34,204 nucleotides of DNA from Minisyncoccales bacterium (GCA_049700655.1 JBNAUV010000003.1:1-34204); one strand, 5' to 3'; counted from the first letter of the stretch, positions 8,878 through 19,849 are shown. The notes: generated by a model not told the origin, from the letters alone. Translations and numbers: made by a program.

Positions 8878-9882
8878 TTACCATTGATAAGCGACTATTA
8901 GCCAGTTAAGTATTTTTTTCATTTCTACAAAACGATCATCACTACCATTGGCGCCCAAAACAAGATTAATTAAATAACCCTTATCTTTCGGCGCTACGGT
9001 CACCAAAAGCAAACAACCCCCTGCTCTTTCCGTATAACCTGTTTTGCCGCCTAAAATTCTTTTTTGCCAGCCATTTAAATCTTTTCCATTATTTAATAAT
9101 TGATTTGTGTTAATTAGTTCTGGACCGTAAAGCGAATAACTGGGCAGAGAAAGAATTTGCCAAATTAAATCTTTCTCTAATAAATTTTTAGCAAATTTTG
9201 CCAAGTCACGAGCGGTTGAATAGTTTATTTCACTTATCGGTCTGGCCGGAACAAGATTTTCTGGATCAAGGCCAGATGAATTATAAAAGAAAGTGTTTTC
9301 CAACCCCATTTTTTTAGCTGTTTCATTCATTAAATTCACAAAAATTGTTTCATTTATTCCTTCATAATCGTTGGCCAGAGCATAGGCTGCCGCATTACTT
9401 GATTCCATTAATAAAGGATAAAGAAGATATTCGGTTGGAAAGACTTGACCAGCAACTAATTTTTTCTTGCTTTCGCCCGGTTGGCTGGCAGCCAATGTTG
9501 AAATGGTAATGTTTTTATTCAAATCATAATTTTCTAAAACAACCAGGGCTGTCATTAGTTTGGTTAAACTAGCAATTGGTCGAATTTCATCGCTATTTTG
9601 TTCAAAAAGAGTTTTTTCTCGGCCATTTTTATCAACAAACACAGAGATGGCTGACTTGGCTGTTAAATTTAATTCCGGCGCTCCTCTTTTTTTAAATGGT
9701 TTGGCTTCATTAAATTTTTCTTCTAAAACTAATTCCGCTTTAAATACCCGGGTTTGTTGGCTAAGGCTATACCAATAAAAAAAATTATTTAAATGTTTGT
9801 ATCCTCCGCCAACATTAATTAAACACAGGGTTAGCAATAGTAAAACAAAAATGCCAATAGCTATTTTCTCGCGATAAACCAT
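8878..9882 (-). CDS. D-alanyl-D-alanine carboxypeptidase (peptidase S11)
   Basis: SxxK (ASLTK), SxN (SSN), KTG; N-terminal anchor. Confidence 0.9.
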   Translation of the reverse strand: MVYREKIAIGIFVLLLLTLCLINVGGGYKHLNNFFYWYSLSQQTRVFKAELVLEEKFNEAKPFKKRGAPELNLTAKSAISVFVDKNGREKTLFEQNSDEIRPIASLTKLMTALVVLENYDLNKNITISTLAASQPGESKKKLVAGQVFPTEYLLYPLLMESSNAAAYALANDYEGINETIFVNLMNETAKKMGLENTFFYNSSGLDPENLVPARPISEINYSTARDLAKFAKNLLEKDLIWQILSLPSYSLYGPELINTNQLLNNGKDLNGWQKRILGGKTGYTERAGGCLLLVTVAPKDKGYLINLVLGANGSDDRFVEMKKILNWLIVAYQW

Positions 9883-9892
9883 TTTTATAATT

Positions 9893-11287
9893 TTATTTCT
9901 TTTTGATAACTTTGATGTGAACTTCTTTTAATTGATTCTCTTCAACCCCTGAGGGCGCATCCATCATTAAATCGCGGTTGTCGCCAGTTTTAGGAAACGC
10001 GATTACTTCACGGATATTTGGTTCATTTAAAAGAATAGCTAAAAATCGATCAATGCCCGGCGCCATGCCGCCATGTGGCGGCACGCCATATTCAAAAGCC
10101 GATAATAAATGACCAAATTTTTTTCTAATATCTTCTTTTTTATGCCCCATTACTTCAAAAACTGATTCCAAAATTTTTGGTTGATGCGTTCTTAAACTAC
10201 CGCCGCCAATTTCATAACCATTTAAAACCAAATCATATTGATAAGCCAAAATTTTTTCCGGGTGTTTTTTGATTTCTTCCAGATTGTCGGTTTGCGGCCG
10301 GGTAAAAGGATGATGTACAGCGTCCCAGCGATTTTCTTCTTTTTTCCACTCAAACATCGGAAAATCAACAATAAAACAAAAAGCCAGCTCATCAGGATTA
10401 TTTTTATTATTTCTTAAATCCGGCTTATCGCTTTGATAATTTTTCATTGCTGTCGCATAAGAAATGCGCGGAAAAGGAATTTGTTTAATTCTCTTTTCGG
10501 GAAAGAATTTTTTTATTAAGGCGATGAAAAGGCCCTCCACTAATTTTAGAATATCTTCCTGTTCAATAAATGACATTTCTATGTCTAATTGAGTGAATTC
10601 GGCTTGTCGGTCGGCGCGCGGGTTTTCGTCGCGAAAACAGCGGGCAATTTGAAAATATTTTTCCAAACCAGCCACCATTAAAAGTTGTTTGTATTGTTGA
10701 GGAGATTGCGGTAAAGCGTAAAATTTTCCCGGTTGTAGGCGGGCTGGCACAATAAAATCGCGCGCGCCCTCGGGCGTGGCTTTGGTTAAAATTGGCGTTT
10801 CCACCTCAATAAACCCTTCATTGATTAAGAATTCTCGCATAAAATGAATGATTTTTTGTCGCCAAATGAGATTATTTTTCATTCTTTCTCTTCTCAAATC
10901 CAAATAACGGTATTTTAAACGTTTTTCTTCATTTATCTTATATCCATCATCATCAATATTAAAAGGCAAAGTTTTGGCTGAAGAAAAAATTTCCAAATTT
11001 TCAGCCACTAGTTCTACTTGACCGGTTTCAATTTTTGGATTTTGCATAGATCTTGGTCGCTCTTTAATTATTCCTTCAACGCTGATCACCCATTCTGGTC
11101 GTAATTTTTCAGCCAATTTAAAAAGTGGTTCATTTTCTCCTGAAAAAATCACCTGCAACAAACCGCTTCGATCTCTTAAATCAATAAAGAGAATTTGGCC
11201 ATGCGCTCGCCAATTGTTTACCCAACCGCAAACCTTTACTTTTTGATTAATATATTTAGTTGTTTCTTTAATTGGTATTCTTTCCAT
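9893..11287 (-). CDS. aspS: Aspartate--tRNA ligase, short form lacking the GAD insertion
   Basis: [37 protein letters not shown]; 464 aa. Confidence 0.96.
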   Translation of the reverse strand: MERIPIKETTKYINQKVKVCGWVNNWRAHGQILFIDLRDRSGLLQVIFSGENEPLFKLAEKLRPEWVISVEGIIKERPRSMQNPKIETGQVELVAENLEIFSSAKTLPFNIDDDGYKINEEKRLKYRYLDLRRERMKNNLIWRQKIIHFMREFLINEGFIEVETPILTKATPEGARDFIVPARLQPGKFYALPQSPQQYKQLLMVAGLEKYFQIARCFRDENPRADRQAEFTQLDIEMSFIEQEDILKLVEGLFIALIKKFFPEKRIKQIPFPRISYATAMKNYQSDKPDLRNNKNNPDELAFCFIVDFPMFEWKKEENRWDAVHHPFTRPQTDNLEEIKKHPEKILAYQYDLVLNGYEIGGGSLRTHQPKILESVFEVMGHKKEDIRKKFGHLLSAFEYGVPPHGGMAPGIDRFLAILLNEPNIREVIAFPKTGDNRDLMMDAPSGVEENQLKEVHIKVIKKK

Positions 11288-11327
11288 AATTAAATAATTA
11301 TATCAAAATTGCTTAAAATTACAAATT

Positions 11328-11345
11328 CCGCGGCGAATGCCGCGG
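11328..11345. terminator. GC-rich hairpin, probable terminator between the response regulator and aspS
   Basis: CCGCGGC-GAAT-GCCGCGG with AT-rich flanks. Confidence 0.5.
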
Positions 11346-11367
11346 TCTCTCTTTTTAACTATATTTT

Positions 11368-11439
11368 ATTCCAACATTCTTAAGAATGTTGGAATGTTCT
11401 ATAGTTACATTATTCTAACATTCTGCAGAATGTTAGAAT
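11368..11439. repeat. Two 28-bp perfect palindromes in tandem
   Basis: ATTCCAACATTCTTAAGAATGTTGGAAT (11368-11395) and ATTCTAACATTCTGCAGAATGTTAGAAT (11412-11439). Confidence 0.92.
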
Positions 11440-11467
11440 GTTTTTACCAGGTGTTTTCTAGGTGTAT

Positions 11468-11839
11468 TTAAGTATTTTCTAAATATTTTTTAACTTTGTC
11501 AACGATTTCTTGGGGCGTGAAGTCGGTTTTGATTAAGTAATCTTTGATGCCTAATTTTTTTGCTTTTTCGCGTTTTTCTGGATGGTCATAATTAGAAAAA
11601 GCGATCACCGGCACTGAGGCAAATTCTTTTTGGCCGCTAAACCACTCCATAAAGCCAATGCCATTCTTTTTGGGCAATAAAATGTCTAACAAAATTAAAT
11701 CCGGCTTAATTTTCGGCACCGCCTCAATCGCCTCTTCGGTAGAGCCCGCTAAAAACGCTTCAAACCCCTCTTTTCTAAACTTCTCTTGATACATCTCACC
11801 TAACATTTTTTCATCTTCAATAATTAATATTTTTTTCAT
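11468..11839 (-). CDS. Single-domain response regulator (receiver only)
   Basis: ILIIEDE, PDLILLDILLP, YLIK; no output domain. Confidence 0.93.
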   Translation of the reverse strand: MKKILIIEDEKMLGEMYQEKFRKEGFEAFLAGSTEEAIEAVPKIKPDLILLDILLPKKNGIGFMEWFSGQKEFASVPVIAFSNYDHPEKREKAKKLGIKDYLIKTDFTPQEIVDKVKKYLENT

Positions 11840-11863
11840 ATTTTTTAATTTTAATTTTTTAAT

Positions 11864-13435
11864 TTATTTTATGGGTAATTCTACAATAAATGTGCTGCCT
11901 TTGTCTTTGCCAGTTGATTCTACCCAGATTCTGCCGCCATGGGCTTCAGCAAACTTTTTAGCCACGTACAAACCAATGCCCGTGCCGCTTACATTGAGTT
12001 CTGTGCCAGCGGAAGCGCGCGAAAACATCTCAAAAAGTTTATTGATTTCTTCCTGTGTCATTCCCTCGCCTGTATCAGCTACCGCAATTTTTAATTTTAA
12101 ATTTTCAATTTTTAATTTTATGGTTATTCCGCCCTGTTGAGTGTATTTTATCGCATTATCAATCAAATTTAAAATCACCTGCCTTAATTTATCTTTGTCC
12201 GCGGTAATCGGCGGCAACTTTTCTTTTGGTTTTACTATCTTCAAATATAATCCCTTCTTCTCCGCGTTAATTTTTAATTCACTAACAATATTTTCAATTA
12301 ATTCTCCAATAGAAATTGGCTCCCATTTAAACTCTATTCGACCCGCCTCTAATCTGGAGATGTTCAATAAATCATTGACTAATTTAATCAATCTTTCATT
12401 GCTCGCATAAACATTTTCCATTGGCTTTTGCATTTTTCCCGGTAATGGCCCATAAGTGCCCTCTAAAATCATTGAAATATACCCCTTGATAGCGGTCAAG
12501 GGCGTCCTCAACTGATGGGAGGCAATAGAAATAAACTCTGACTTGGCCTTGGACAACCTTTCTACTTCTTGCCTTAAACTAATTTCTCTTAAGGTGGCTT
12601 TAATGAGGTAATAGCCAAATAAACAAAAGAGGATAAAGATAGCGCCATTTAGGATTTTAAAGCTCAATTGGGGCGCAGTGATGGTTTGGATAATCAAAAG
12701 AAGGACAATAAAACAAACCAAGATTTCAGTTAAAATGACCTTGATATCAAACAACTGTTTCTTAACAATGGCATAGGCAGTAAAAGCGAGAAAGAAGATA
12801 GAGGAATAATTTCCCAAGCGGTAATATTGTTGACTGCCAATAATAAAAGGTAAAAAACTATTGAAAAACAATATTGAACCAATAAAAATCCCTAAACCAA
12901 GAAAAAAATATTTAAATTGTTGCTTTTCAATATTTCCTGCCTTTTTATATCGTTTAAAAATATTAAAGAAAAAAAGACCCACTAACACAAGGAAAAATGT
13001 TCCAAAAAAAGGAAGAAACAATTTCCCATAAACGACATCAAATCCCCATGGCTGAATGACTATTTTTTTAACCATTAAAGATGTAAAAAGGATTAAAATT
13101 GTCAATAAAGCACCTAAAGAGAATAATGTTAAAGAAATTTTTGATGAAATTTTTCTCTCTTCAGGAAAACTCAAAGAAAAAAGGAATAAAAAAATTATCC
13201 ACCAAAGCACTGCTCCATAAGTAATTTTAGTCAAAAGTATAGCCAAGGAAGGATTAGTAAGCGGGAAAAATTCAGACAAATAAGCACTCCCTATGAATAA
13301 AGTAGTAAAAATACAAATAAAAAGGAAATAACAATTAACATTCCTTTTTCTATCTTTGAAATAAACTAAAAAACCAAGGAACAAACTCAACAAGGTAATA
13401 ATACTTACCAAAATTATCTCCCAGAGCGGAGTCAT
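11864..13435 (-). CDS. Membrane sensor histidine kinase (HisKA_7TM-like + HisKA + HATPase)
   Basis: About 280 aa multi-TM N-terminus, H-box SHQLRTP, N-box NLIDNAIKY, DTGEG, GTGIGL. Confidence 0.93.
   Translation of the reverse strand: MTPLWEIILVSIITLLSLFLGFLVYFKDRKRNVNCYFLFICIFTTLFIGSAYLSEFFPLTNPSLAILLTKITYGAVLWWIIFLFLFSLSFPEERKISSKISLTLFSLGALLTILILFTSLMVKKIVIQPWGFDVVYGKLFLPFFGTFFLVLVGLFFFNIFKRYKKAGNIEKQQFKYFFLGLGIFIGSILFFNSFLPFIIGSQQYYRLGNYSSIFFLAFTAYAIVKKQLFDIKVILTEILVCFIVLLLIIQTITAPQLSFKILNGAIFILFCLFGYYLIKATLREISLRQEVERLSKAKSEFISIASHQLRTPLTAIKGYISMILEGTYGPLPGKMQKPMENVYASNERLIKLVNDLLNISRLEAGRIEFKWEPISIGELIENIVSELKINAEKKGLYLKIVKPKEKLPPITADKDKLRQVILNLIDNAIKYTQQGGITIKLKIENLKLKIAVADTGEGMTQEEINKLFEMFSRASAGTELNVSGTGIGLYVAKKFAEAHGGRIWVESTGKDKGSTFIVELPIK
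12459..12553 (-). repeat. 95-bp direct repeat, copy 1 (H-box)
   Basis: Identical to 15032-15126; encodes [32 protein letters not shown]. Confidence 0.95.
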
Positions 13436-13439
13436 GAAA

Positions 13440-14981
13440 TTAAATTACCATTTTTGGTTTTGGCCGTGATATATCATCTTGAAATAGTCCTTGACCAGAA
13501 AGAAAAATTTTAACTTGTGGCAAAACCCTGTCCGGGCTAATCCGATAAGCATCTTGATAATCAATGTTCGTTTTTAATAAACATTGATGCACAAGGTTTT
13601 GATATTTTCTTTCTAAATCGGCTTTTTCTTGGGGTGTGGGTTTTAGGTTGGGTTTTAATTCCAAATAAACTACCAATTTTACCTCTAAATTTTTATTGGT
13701 TTGAGTGGTAAGTTTAAAACTTTTTATTTCTTTGGCTTCTGGCATATTTAACAAGGGAGATAAATTTTGAGGTGAAATTTTAGCGCCTGAAAAAATAGTA
13801 ATCATATCATCGCTTCTTCCTAGAAAGATAAGAAATGGCCATTTAAAATATCCTTTTTGCCAACCTTCTTTTTCGAGTAAAGCAGGAATAGTGTAGCCAC
13901 AACTTTTTAATTTTTTTTCCATTTCTGAAAAAGAAACAATTTTTGCTGAATCCCCTATTTTATATCTAATTATAGGTACCAGGCTGGCAGTAGCGGTAAC
14001 AAGTAGATTATCTTCTTTTTCTTCTAAAAATATACTAAGGGGATTATATTGAAATAAGGAAAAAGGGGATTTTTGATCAAGCAATATTGATCTGAATTTC
14101 TCATCTTTTTTTGCTATTTTTTGAATTATCATTGGTAAAAGGGGTGTAAATCCTATTAATCCTGTATCTCCGGCAGCAAGAAGATTAAAAATTCGCCAAC
14201 CCTCTTTTCTTTCAGGATCAATTTTGGAAAGAATATACTCTTGAAAATCTTCTGATAAGTACTCACCCCCTAATTGGAGTTTTAAATTAAGTTTTTCCCA
14301 TTTTATTCCTTGTTCATCTCCTTCATCTAAAATTTTTCTTAAAAATGACGGAATAGTACTGATAATTACTTGGGAATAATTTTCTCCTACTTCTTTTAAA
14401 ATTTTCAAAACCATTTGAGAATCACAGCCGGTAGTGACATAAGTGATGTTGTATTTTCCGAGCACTCTTCCCATTAATAAATTAATAGTATAACCAAATG
14501 ACCAAACACCTAAAGGAGTAGTGTTTATAAAAAGAGTGTTATTTGAAGGTGAACAAATATCCCACATGTAATCAAGCCAACTGAGCCATCCTTGAAAAGC
14601 AGAAAAAAATATTTTTCTCCGATACAAAAATGGAGTAGGAATTCCAGTAGAACCAGAAGAAAAACATATTCCAAAAACTTTGTCAAACTCTTTACCGGTT
14701 AAATCAGCGAGGGAATATTTATGAAGAAAATTTTTTTTAGAACTAATTGGTACTTTTTCTTGAAAATCTTTTAAATTTTGAATTGTTTTAGGGTCAACAT
14801 TGTGTTTTTTGAGAAAATCCTTGTAAGCCGGCACTTTCTCTGCTGCCTCATGGAAGGTTCTTAAAGCCATTTTTTCTCCTTTTTTCTCCCAAAAGGAAGC
14901 TGGCATTGTGGTCATAAACCAAATTGCCCTTTTTGGGTTAGACATGATAAAGTTTTGCATTAAATCTCCTATCTTGGACAT
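13440..14981 (-). CDS. Phenylacetate-CoA ligase/F390 synthetase-like adenylate-forming enzyme
   Basis: VPAYKDFL, SSGSTG P-loop, GGE, PIIRYKIGD, GRSDD. Confidence 0.85.
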   Translation of the reverse strand: MSKIGDLMQNFIMSNPKRAIWFMTTMPASFWEKKGEKMALRTFHEAAEKVPAYKDFLKKHNVDPKTIQNLKDFQEKVPISSKKNFLHKYSLADLTGKEFDKVFGICFSSGSTGIPTPFLYRRKIFFSAFQGWLSWLDYMWDICSPSNNTLFINTTPLGVWSFGYTINLLMGRVLGKYNITYVTTGCDSQMVLKILKEVGENYSQVIISTIPSFLRKILDEGDEQGIKWEKLNLKLQLGGEYLSEDFQEYILSKIDPERKEGWRIFNLLAAGDTGLIGFTPLLPMIIQKIAKKDEKFRSILLDQKSPFSLFQYNPLSIFLEEKEDNLLVTATASLVPIIRYKIGDSAKIVSFSEMEKKLKSCGYTIPALLEKEGWQKGYFKWPFLIFLGRSDDMITIFSGAKISPQNLSPLLNMPEAKEIKSFKLTTQTNKNLEVKLVVYLELKPNLKPTPQEKADLERKYQNLVHQCLLKTNIDYQDAYRISPDRVLPQVKIFLSGQGLFQDDISRPKPKMVI

Positions 14982-14985
14982 AGAT

Positions 14986-16020
14986 TTAAAAATGATTAAT
15001 TATTATACCACAATATAAAAATTCAAAGAAACCCTCTAAAATCATTGAAATATACCCCTTGATAGCGGTCAAGGGCGTCCTCAACTGATGGGAGGCAATA
15101 GAAATAAACTCTGACTTGGCCTTGGAAAGTCGATCAACTTCTTCGTACAAATGTTGAATTTCTTCACGCCTCTTTATTTCTAAAAGTACAGATTTGATTA
15201 AAAAAATACCTGCAATACTAACAAAAGATAACAAAATAATATTTATTAATTTTTCTTGCCAATTTTCAGCTAAAAATATTTTAATTAATAAAAATATCCA
15301 TATTGAAAAAGTCAATAATTCAGTAGCAATAATTTTAATATTAAGAAAATGGTACCTTATAATAACCCAAGCAACTGCAATAGTTAGAAATAAGGTATAT
15401 AATGTAATCAAATTTGTTAATTCGAATTTCGAAAATAAAACAGGTAATAATAAATTTGTTATTAAACTAAAACTTATAAAGAAAAAAAGTCCAGATATTA
15501 ATATTCGATTCAATTTTTTAATTAATATATCTTTAGCTTGTTGATATCTTTTAATAATTTTAATAAAGGCCAAAATTAAACATCCCAACAAGAAAAATGA
15601 GTATAGCCAAATTCCCCAACCAAAAATTATCTCAGAAAAATTTTCTTTTATAATAATATCTTTGACCAAAAAAGATGAAGAGGAAATAAGGATAGATATA
15701 ATAGCTAAAACTAAGCTTATTATAAATAATTGTTTATTTGGTTTATCATCTGAAGGAAAAACTTCTGTAAAAAGTAGAAGGGCCCAAACAGCGATAGTTG
15801 TGCTAATAAAAATTAATCGGTTGCACCAAAGAACAATTTCTGTATTTTTTTCAAAATTAGAAAAATAATTAACAATAATCCACGTAACAATTCCTAGTGT
15901 CATTAAAAAGAAATACTTACTTGAACGCAAACTAAAACTATGAACTAAGATTAAGATAGCTAAAAGTAAATTAAAAATAACCCCTAATAATAAAATTAAG
16001 AAAGGAAAAGAAATAGTCAT
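14986..16020 (-). CDS. Truncated membrane sensor: multi-TM domain plus H-box, no ATPase domain
   Basis: Paralogue of 11864-13435; homology ends at MILEG and is followed by 14 unrelated residues. Confidence 0.8.
   Translation of the reverse strand: MTISFPFLILLLGVIFNLLLAILILVHSFSLRSSKYFFLMTLGIVTWIIVNYFSNFEKNTEIVLWCNRLIFISTTIAVWALLLFTEVFPSDDKPNKQLFIISLVLAIISILISSSSFLVKDIIIKENFSEIIFGWGIWLYSFFLLGCLILAFIKIIKRYQQAKDILIKKLNRILISGLFFFISFSLITNLLLPVLFSKFELTNLITLYTLFLTIAVAWVIIRYHFLNIKIIATELLTFSIWIFLLIKIFLAENWQEKLINIILLSFVSIAGIFLIKSVLLEIKRREEIQHLYEEVDRLSKAKSEFISIASHQLRTPLTAIKGYISMILEGFFEFLYCGIIINHF
15002..15012 (-). promoter_or_regulatory. Extended -10 promoter for the ligase gene
   Basis: TGTGGTATAAT 20 nt upstream of the ATG at 14981. 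Confidence 0.6.
15032..15126 (-). repeat. 95-bp direct repeat, copy 2
   Basis: Identical to 12459-12553 and in the same coding phase. Confidence 0.95.
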
Positions 16021-16058
16021 ATATACTATTGGGTAATTATATCATAAATATAAAAAAT

Positions 16059-16096
16059 AAAAACCCTATTCACTTAATATTTTGAATAGGGTTTTT
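16059..16096. terminator. Intrinsic terminator after the GNAT gene
   Basis: AAAAACCCTATTCA-loop-TGAATAGGGTTTTT. Confidence 0.75.
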
Positions 16097-16102
16097 GTCT
16101 TC

Positions 16103-16735
16103 TTACCCTACCACATATTGATAATATGTGGGGTTTTTTTGATAAACCGAACTAAGTTGGTCTTTGATTGGAATAATAATGGGTATTGATGGTGAACCCA
16201 TATATTCCATTACAGGTCCAATTTCTATTAGCGACCAACCCAACCATTGCAGTAATTTATAAGCATTTAAATCCATTCCGGCCACATAAAAATCAATTTT
16301 TTCAATCAATGCAAACAAATAAAGTGCCTTATAAAGACCCCACGATATTCTTTTGCCTCTGGCAGTTTTTTTAACTGCTAAACTGCCAATTTCTGCTGAT
16401 TTAGCATCAAACAACATTTTAATTAAACTTTCACTTTCTGCAAAAAACTTATTTTCCCAAACAGCCAATGTTTCAAATGGTGGTCCTGGAGTAACCCTAA
16501 CAGTTCCCATTAATTCCTCTCCATTCAGCAACGCAACAATATAAATTGATGGCTCGGGATCTGGTATAATTCCATCTGGGTAGGGCGTGGTTATATACCC
16601 TACTTCCAAATAAACATCATGTCTTAATTTTTTTGCTTCTTTAATCTGTTTTCGATCATTAATTGTCTGGAATACTATTCCATCTTTTTGATGTAATTTC
16701 ATTATTAAACTTGGTTCAATTTTTTCAATTTTCAT
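16103..16735 (-). CDS. GNAT-fold N-acyl amino acid synthase (FeeM/LuxI-like)
   Basis: LRHDVYLEVGY, GTVRV, AEIGSLAV, IGPVMEYMGSP; strong SD. Confidence 0.72.
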   Translation of the reverse strand: MKIEKIEPSLIMKLHQKDGIVFQTINDRKQIKEAKKLRHDVYLEVGYITTPYPDGIIPDPEPSIYIVALLNGEELMGTVRVTPGPPFETLAVWENKFFAESESLIKMLFDAKSAEIGSLAVKKTARGKRISWGLYKALYLFALIEKIDFYVAGMDLNAYKLLQWLGWSLIEIGPVMEYMGSPSIPIIIPIKDQLSSVYQKNPTYYQYVVG

Positions 16736-16767
16736 GACTCTCTCCTCCTTTTTTATTTTTATTATTT

Positions 16768-17557
<790 letters not shown>

Positions 17558-17576
17558 ATTAAATATGATATCACAT

Positions 17577-17753
17577 TCAAAAAATTAAGAAAATACAATA
17601 AAAACAAACTATAGATTTACAAAATATAAATTTCCGAAACTTAATAGTACTTATTAATGAGATTTTTTTATCTCTAAAATAAACTGAAATTCCTAAAAAC
17701 AGACTCATTAAAACAATAACAACAACTAAAAGTATTTCCCAAATTGAGATCAT
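17577..17753 (-). pseudogene. Relic N-terminus of a third membrane sensor (not in the ORF track)
   Basis: MISIWEILLVVVIVLMSLFLGISVYFRDKK matches MTPLWEIILVSIITLLSLFLGFLVYFKDRK of the full kinase; homology shifts frame at an A7 run. Confidence 0.8.
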
Positions 17754-17758
17754 AAAAT

Positions 17759-17895
17759 CTAAATTAATAATTTAGGCTTTGCTCTCTTTTTATCTTCTTC
17801 AAACGGTCCTTCTTTGTATAGAAATATCTTAACAATAGGTGAAGCCAATTCCGGATTTAACCTGTAGGCATCGCGATAATCAAAATTATTTTTAA
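17759..17895 (-). pseudogene. C-terminal relic of a second PaaK-like ligase
   Basis: NFDYRDAYRLNPELASPIVKIFLYKEGPFEEDKKRAKPKLLI vs NIDYQDAYRISPDRVLPQVKIFLSGQGLFQDDISRPKPKMVI. Confidence 0.85.
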
Positions 17896-18044
17896 GTGAA
17901 AAAGGGACACGTCCATTTTTGGGGACCAGGTTAAACAATGACGGCATCTTGAGGTGTTACCAAAGTATCTCATCTTGTGCAGGTTTTGTTAAAATTTTCT
18001 TGAGTAAATAATTGATTTTAAACCTTTACGCTTTTACGCTAATG

Positions 18045-19001
18045 TTATTCTTTTGATTTGGTTATATTGTAAACTTCGGGGTGTTTTTCTAGAATTTGCA
18101 AATATTTCATAAATTGGTTATACATTTTTTTCTCGTGATTAATGATGCGGTCTTGATAACTTTGCTCTATATTATCTCTAATTATTTGAATGGCTTCTTC
18201 ATGATTCTTGCCGGAACGGTCTACCCAAGCCTGATATTTATCAATTAAAGTAACAATTAAATATTTATCTAAAAGTTCAAGATTTATGGCTTCAGCGGGT
18301 AAATCGCCATTAATCATGGCTGGATCATAGCCTTCTAAAGTATGATGAGAACTGGCCACAATAATTAAATCTTGAGGTATATCTTTATCGCCATATTTTT
18401 TAAGTAATTGATATGTCCAATAATCATGTTCCCGCCATAAATCTATTAACCGGTGTTTATTTAAATCTAATTTTTCTTCAATAATCGCCTTTTTCTCTTT
18501 GTAAAAAATATGTAATGTTAAGGTCTCTAAATACCTTTTAATTTCGTCCTTATTAGAAAAATTTTCAATCTCAATTGCTTCGTCAAGAGTTAATTCTCTG
18601 ATTTTTTTATTTTTAAATTTCGGATCTTGCGGGTTAAAATACTCTGTATTAAACATTTGGTTAATAATAATTTTTCTTTGTCTTTTATTTGCTTCAACCG
18701 GACCTGATTTACCAATATCATGGAATAAACAAGTCAATTTTATTTCAGAAAGGTTAAAATTTATTTTTTCTTTTTCAATATCTTCCCATAAAATTTCAAC
18801 AATTTGTTCCATTTTAACCGCATCTTCAAAGTGGGACTCTGGCAAATTGGATAATTCAACCAAACGTTCAAAAAGTTCAGGAAATTTTTCTATTTCAAAA
18901 TCAACTTCGTGAAATTTTTTAAAGACATATTCGGTGCCGGTCCGCTCTTTTGTTTCAAATTTCGCTTCTTCTTTGTTTGTAGGTATTTTTTCGTAATTCA
19001 T
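18045..19001 (-). CDS. HD-domain protein
   Basis: H...LFHDIGK...HD...SHH...D pattern. Confidence 0.7.
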   Translation of the reverse strand: MNYEKIPTNKEEAKFETKERTGTEYVFKKFHEVDFEIEKFPELFERLVELSNLPESHFEDAVKMEQIVEILWEDIEKEKINFNLSEIKLTCLFHDIGKSGPVEANKRQRKIIINQMFNTEYFNPQDPKFKNKKIRELTLDEAIEIENFSNKDEIKRYLETLTLHIFYKEKKAIIEEKLDLNKHRLIDLWREHDYWTYQLLKKYGDKDIPQDLIIVASSHHTLEGYDPAMINGDLPAEAINLELLDKYLIVTLIDKYQAWVDRSGKNHEEAIQIIRDNIEQSYQDRIINHEKKMYNQFMKYLQILEKHPEVYNITKSKE

Positions 19002-19172
19002 AGGTTTTACTTTAATTATTTTTAATTATTTTAATTATATTTATATTATAACCATAAAACCAAAAATAAACAATAAACAAACCAAAAACAATAACCACAA
19101 TTCTCCAACTCTCAATTAGTTATTCAATTAGTTACTCAATTAGTTGCCACTAATTCAATCAACTTCAATTTC

Positions 19173-19208
19173 TGACACCAAATCAGGCGTAGGCATTTTT
19201 TGGTGTCA
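19173..19208. repeat. 36-bp palindromic element, copy 1
   Basis: TGACACCAAATCAGGCGTAGGCATTTTTTGGTGTCA. Confidence 0.92.
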
Positions 19209-19283
19209 TTATTATTTAAATGGTGGATAAAAAATAAAGTAAAAATAAAAGATAAAAAATAAATAAAAATAAAAGGTGAAAAT

Positions 19284-19313
19284 AAAAGGGCGACGCAGCG
19301 CGTCGCCTTTTTT
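19284..19313. terminator. Bidirectional intrinsic terminator
   Basis: GGCGACGC-AGC-GCGTCGCC with A and T tails. Confidence 0.8.
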
Positions 19314-19337
19314 AAACTTATTTAATTTTTCAAGATT

Positions 19338-19460
19338 TCAATCAAGAGGAGTCAGTCCCTCACATTCTAAAATAAATTCATAAATTTCGAATAATAATTT
19401 AATGTTTGCTGCAATTAGTTCATCGCTTTTTTTAAGCAAATCACGAACTTCTTTCTTCAT
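19338..19460 (-). CDS. Small 40-aa hypothetical protein (not in the ORF track)
   Basis: MKKEVRDLLKKSDELIAANIKLLFEIYEFILECEGLTPLD; GGAGGTG SD; ATGA overlap with the upstream gene; terminator downstream. Confidence 0.65.
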   Translation of the reverse strand: MKKEVRDLLKKSDELIAANIKLLFEIYEFILECEGLTPLD

Positions 19461-19723
19461 TTGTCACCTCCCCCTTCTGTTTTTTGTTTTTTGGTCAAAC
19501 CTTCTAATTCTAAAATTTCCACTATTACTTCCCGATTATCGGGTTTGACCAGTTTCAAATGGCCGCCCTCCATAATAGTTTTAGCCACCAAAAGTAGCAG
19601 TTTTACTGCCACGGTAGCTAAAGCAGGAATTTTTAAATTTAGTTCCTTCATCACCTGCTCGTACACTTCAATTTCCGCTTGGCCCAAACGTACTATTACC
19701 GTCAGCCGATCATCTTTTCCCAT
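19457..19723 (-). CDS. Putative ribbon-helix-helix DNA-binding protein
   Basis: Alternating strand RLTVIVRL followed by two helices; strong SD; own promoter. Confidence 0.55.
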   Translation of the reverse strand: MGKDDRLTVIVRLGQAEIEVYEQVMKELNLKIPALATVAVKLLLLVAKTIMEGGHLKLVKPDNREVIVEILELEGLTKKQKTEGGGDK

Positions 19724-19772
19724 TTTCCACCTCCTCTTGGTTTTTTTATTAAAGAACCTTGTTAGATCTTAA

Positions 19773-19801
19773 AGAATAGCAAATTCTACAAAATAAGTCA
19801 A
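19773..19801 (-). promoter_or_regulatory. Sigma70 promoter
   Basis: TTGACT-17 nt-TATTCT with TG extension. Confidence 0.65.
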
Positions 19802-19808
19802 TTAAAAT

Positions 19809-19840
19809 AAAAAGAGGTGGTGAGCTTTCACCGCCTCTTT
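19809..19840 (-). terminator. Terminator after the second ThiF gene
   Basis: AAAGAGGCGGUGA-loop-UCACCACCUCUUUUU. Confidence 0.75.
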
Positions 19841-19849
19841 GTCGCTTTA

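Noticed and set aside
17896-17947. N-terminal part of the 62-aa ORF as a real gene start
   Set aside because: MPSLFNLVPKNGRVPFS has no similarity to the ligase and marks the deletion junction. The GGGACACGTCC motif there may be a REP-like scar but occurs only once.
19318-19340. TGA readthrough (genetic code 25) in the 40-aa ORF
   Set aside because: TGA ends conserved genes such as gltX, murG and ftsW, and long genes have no internal TGA, so the standard code applies.
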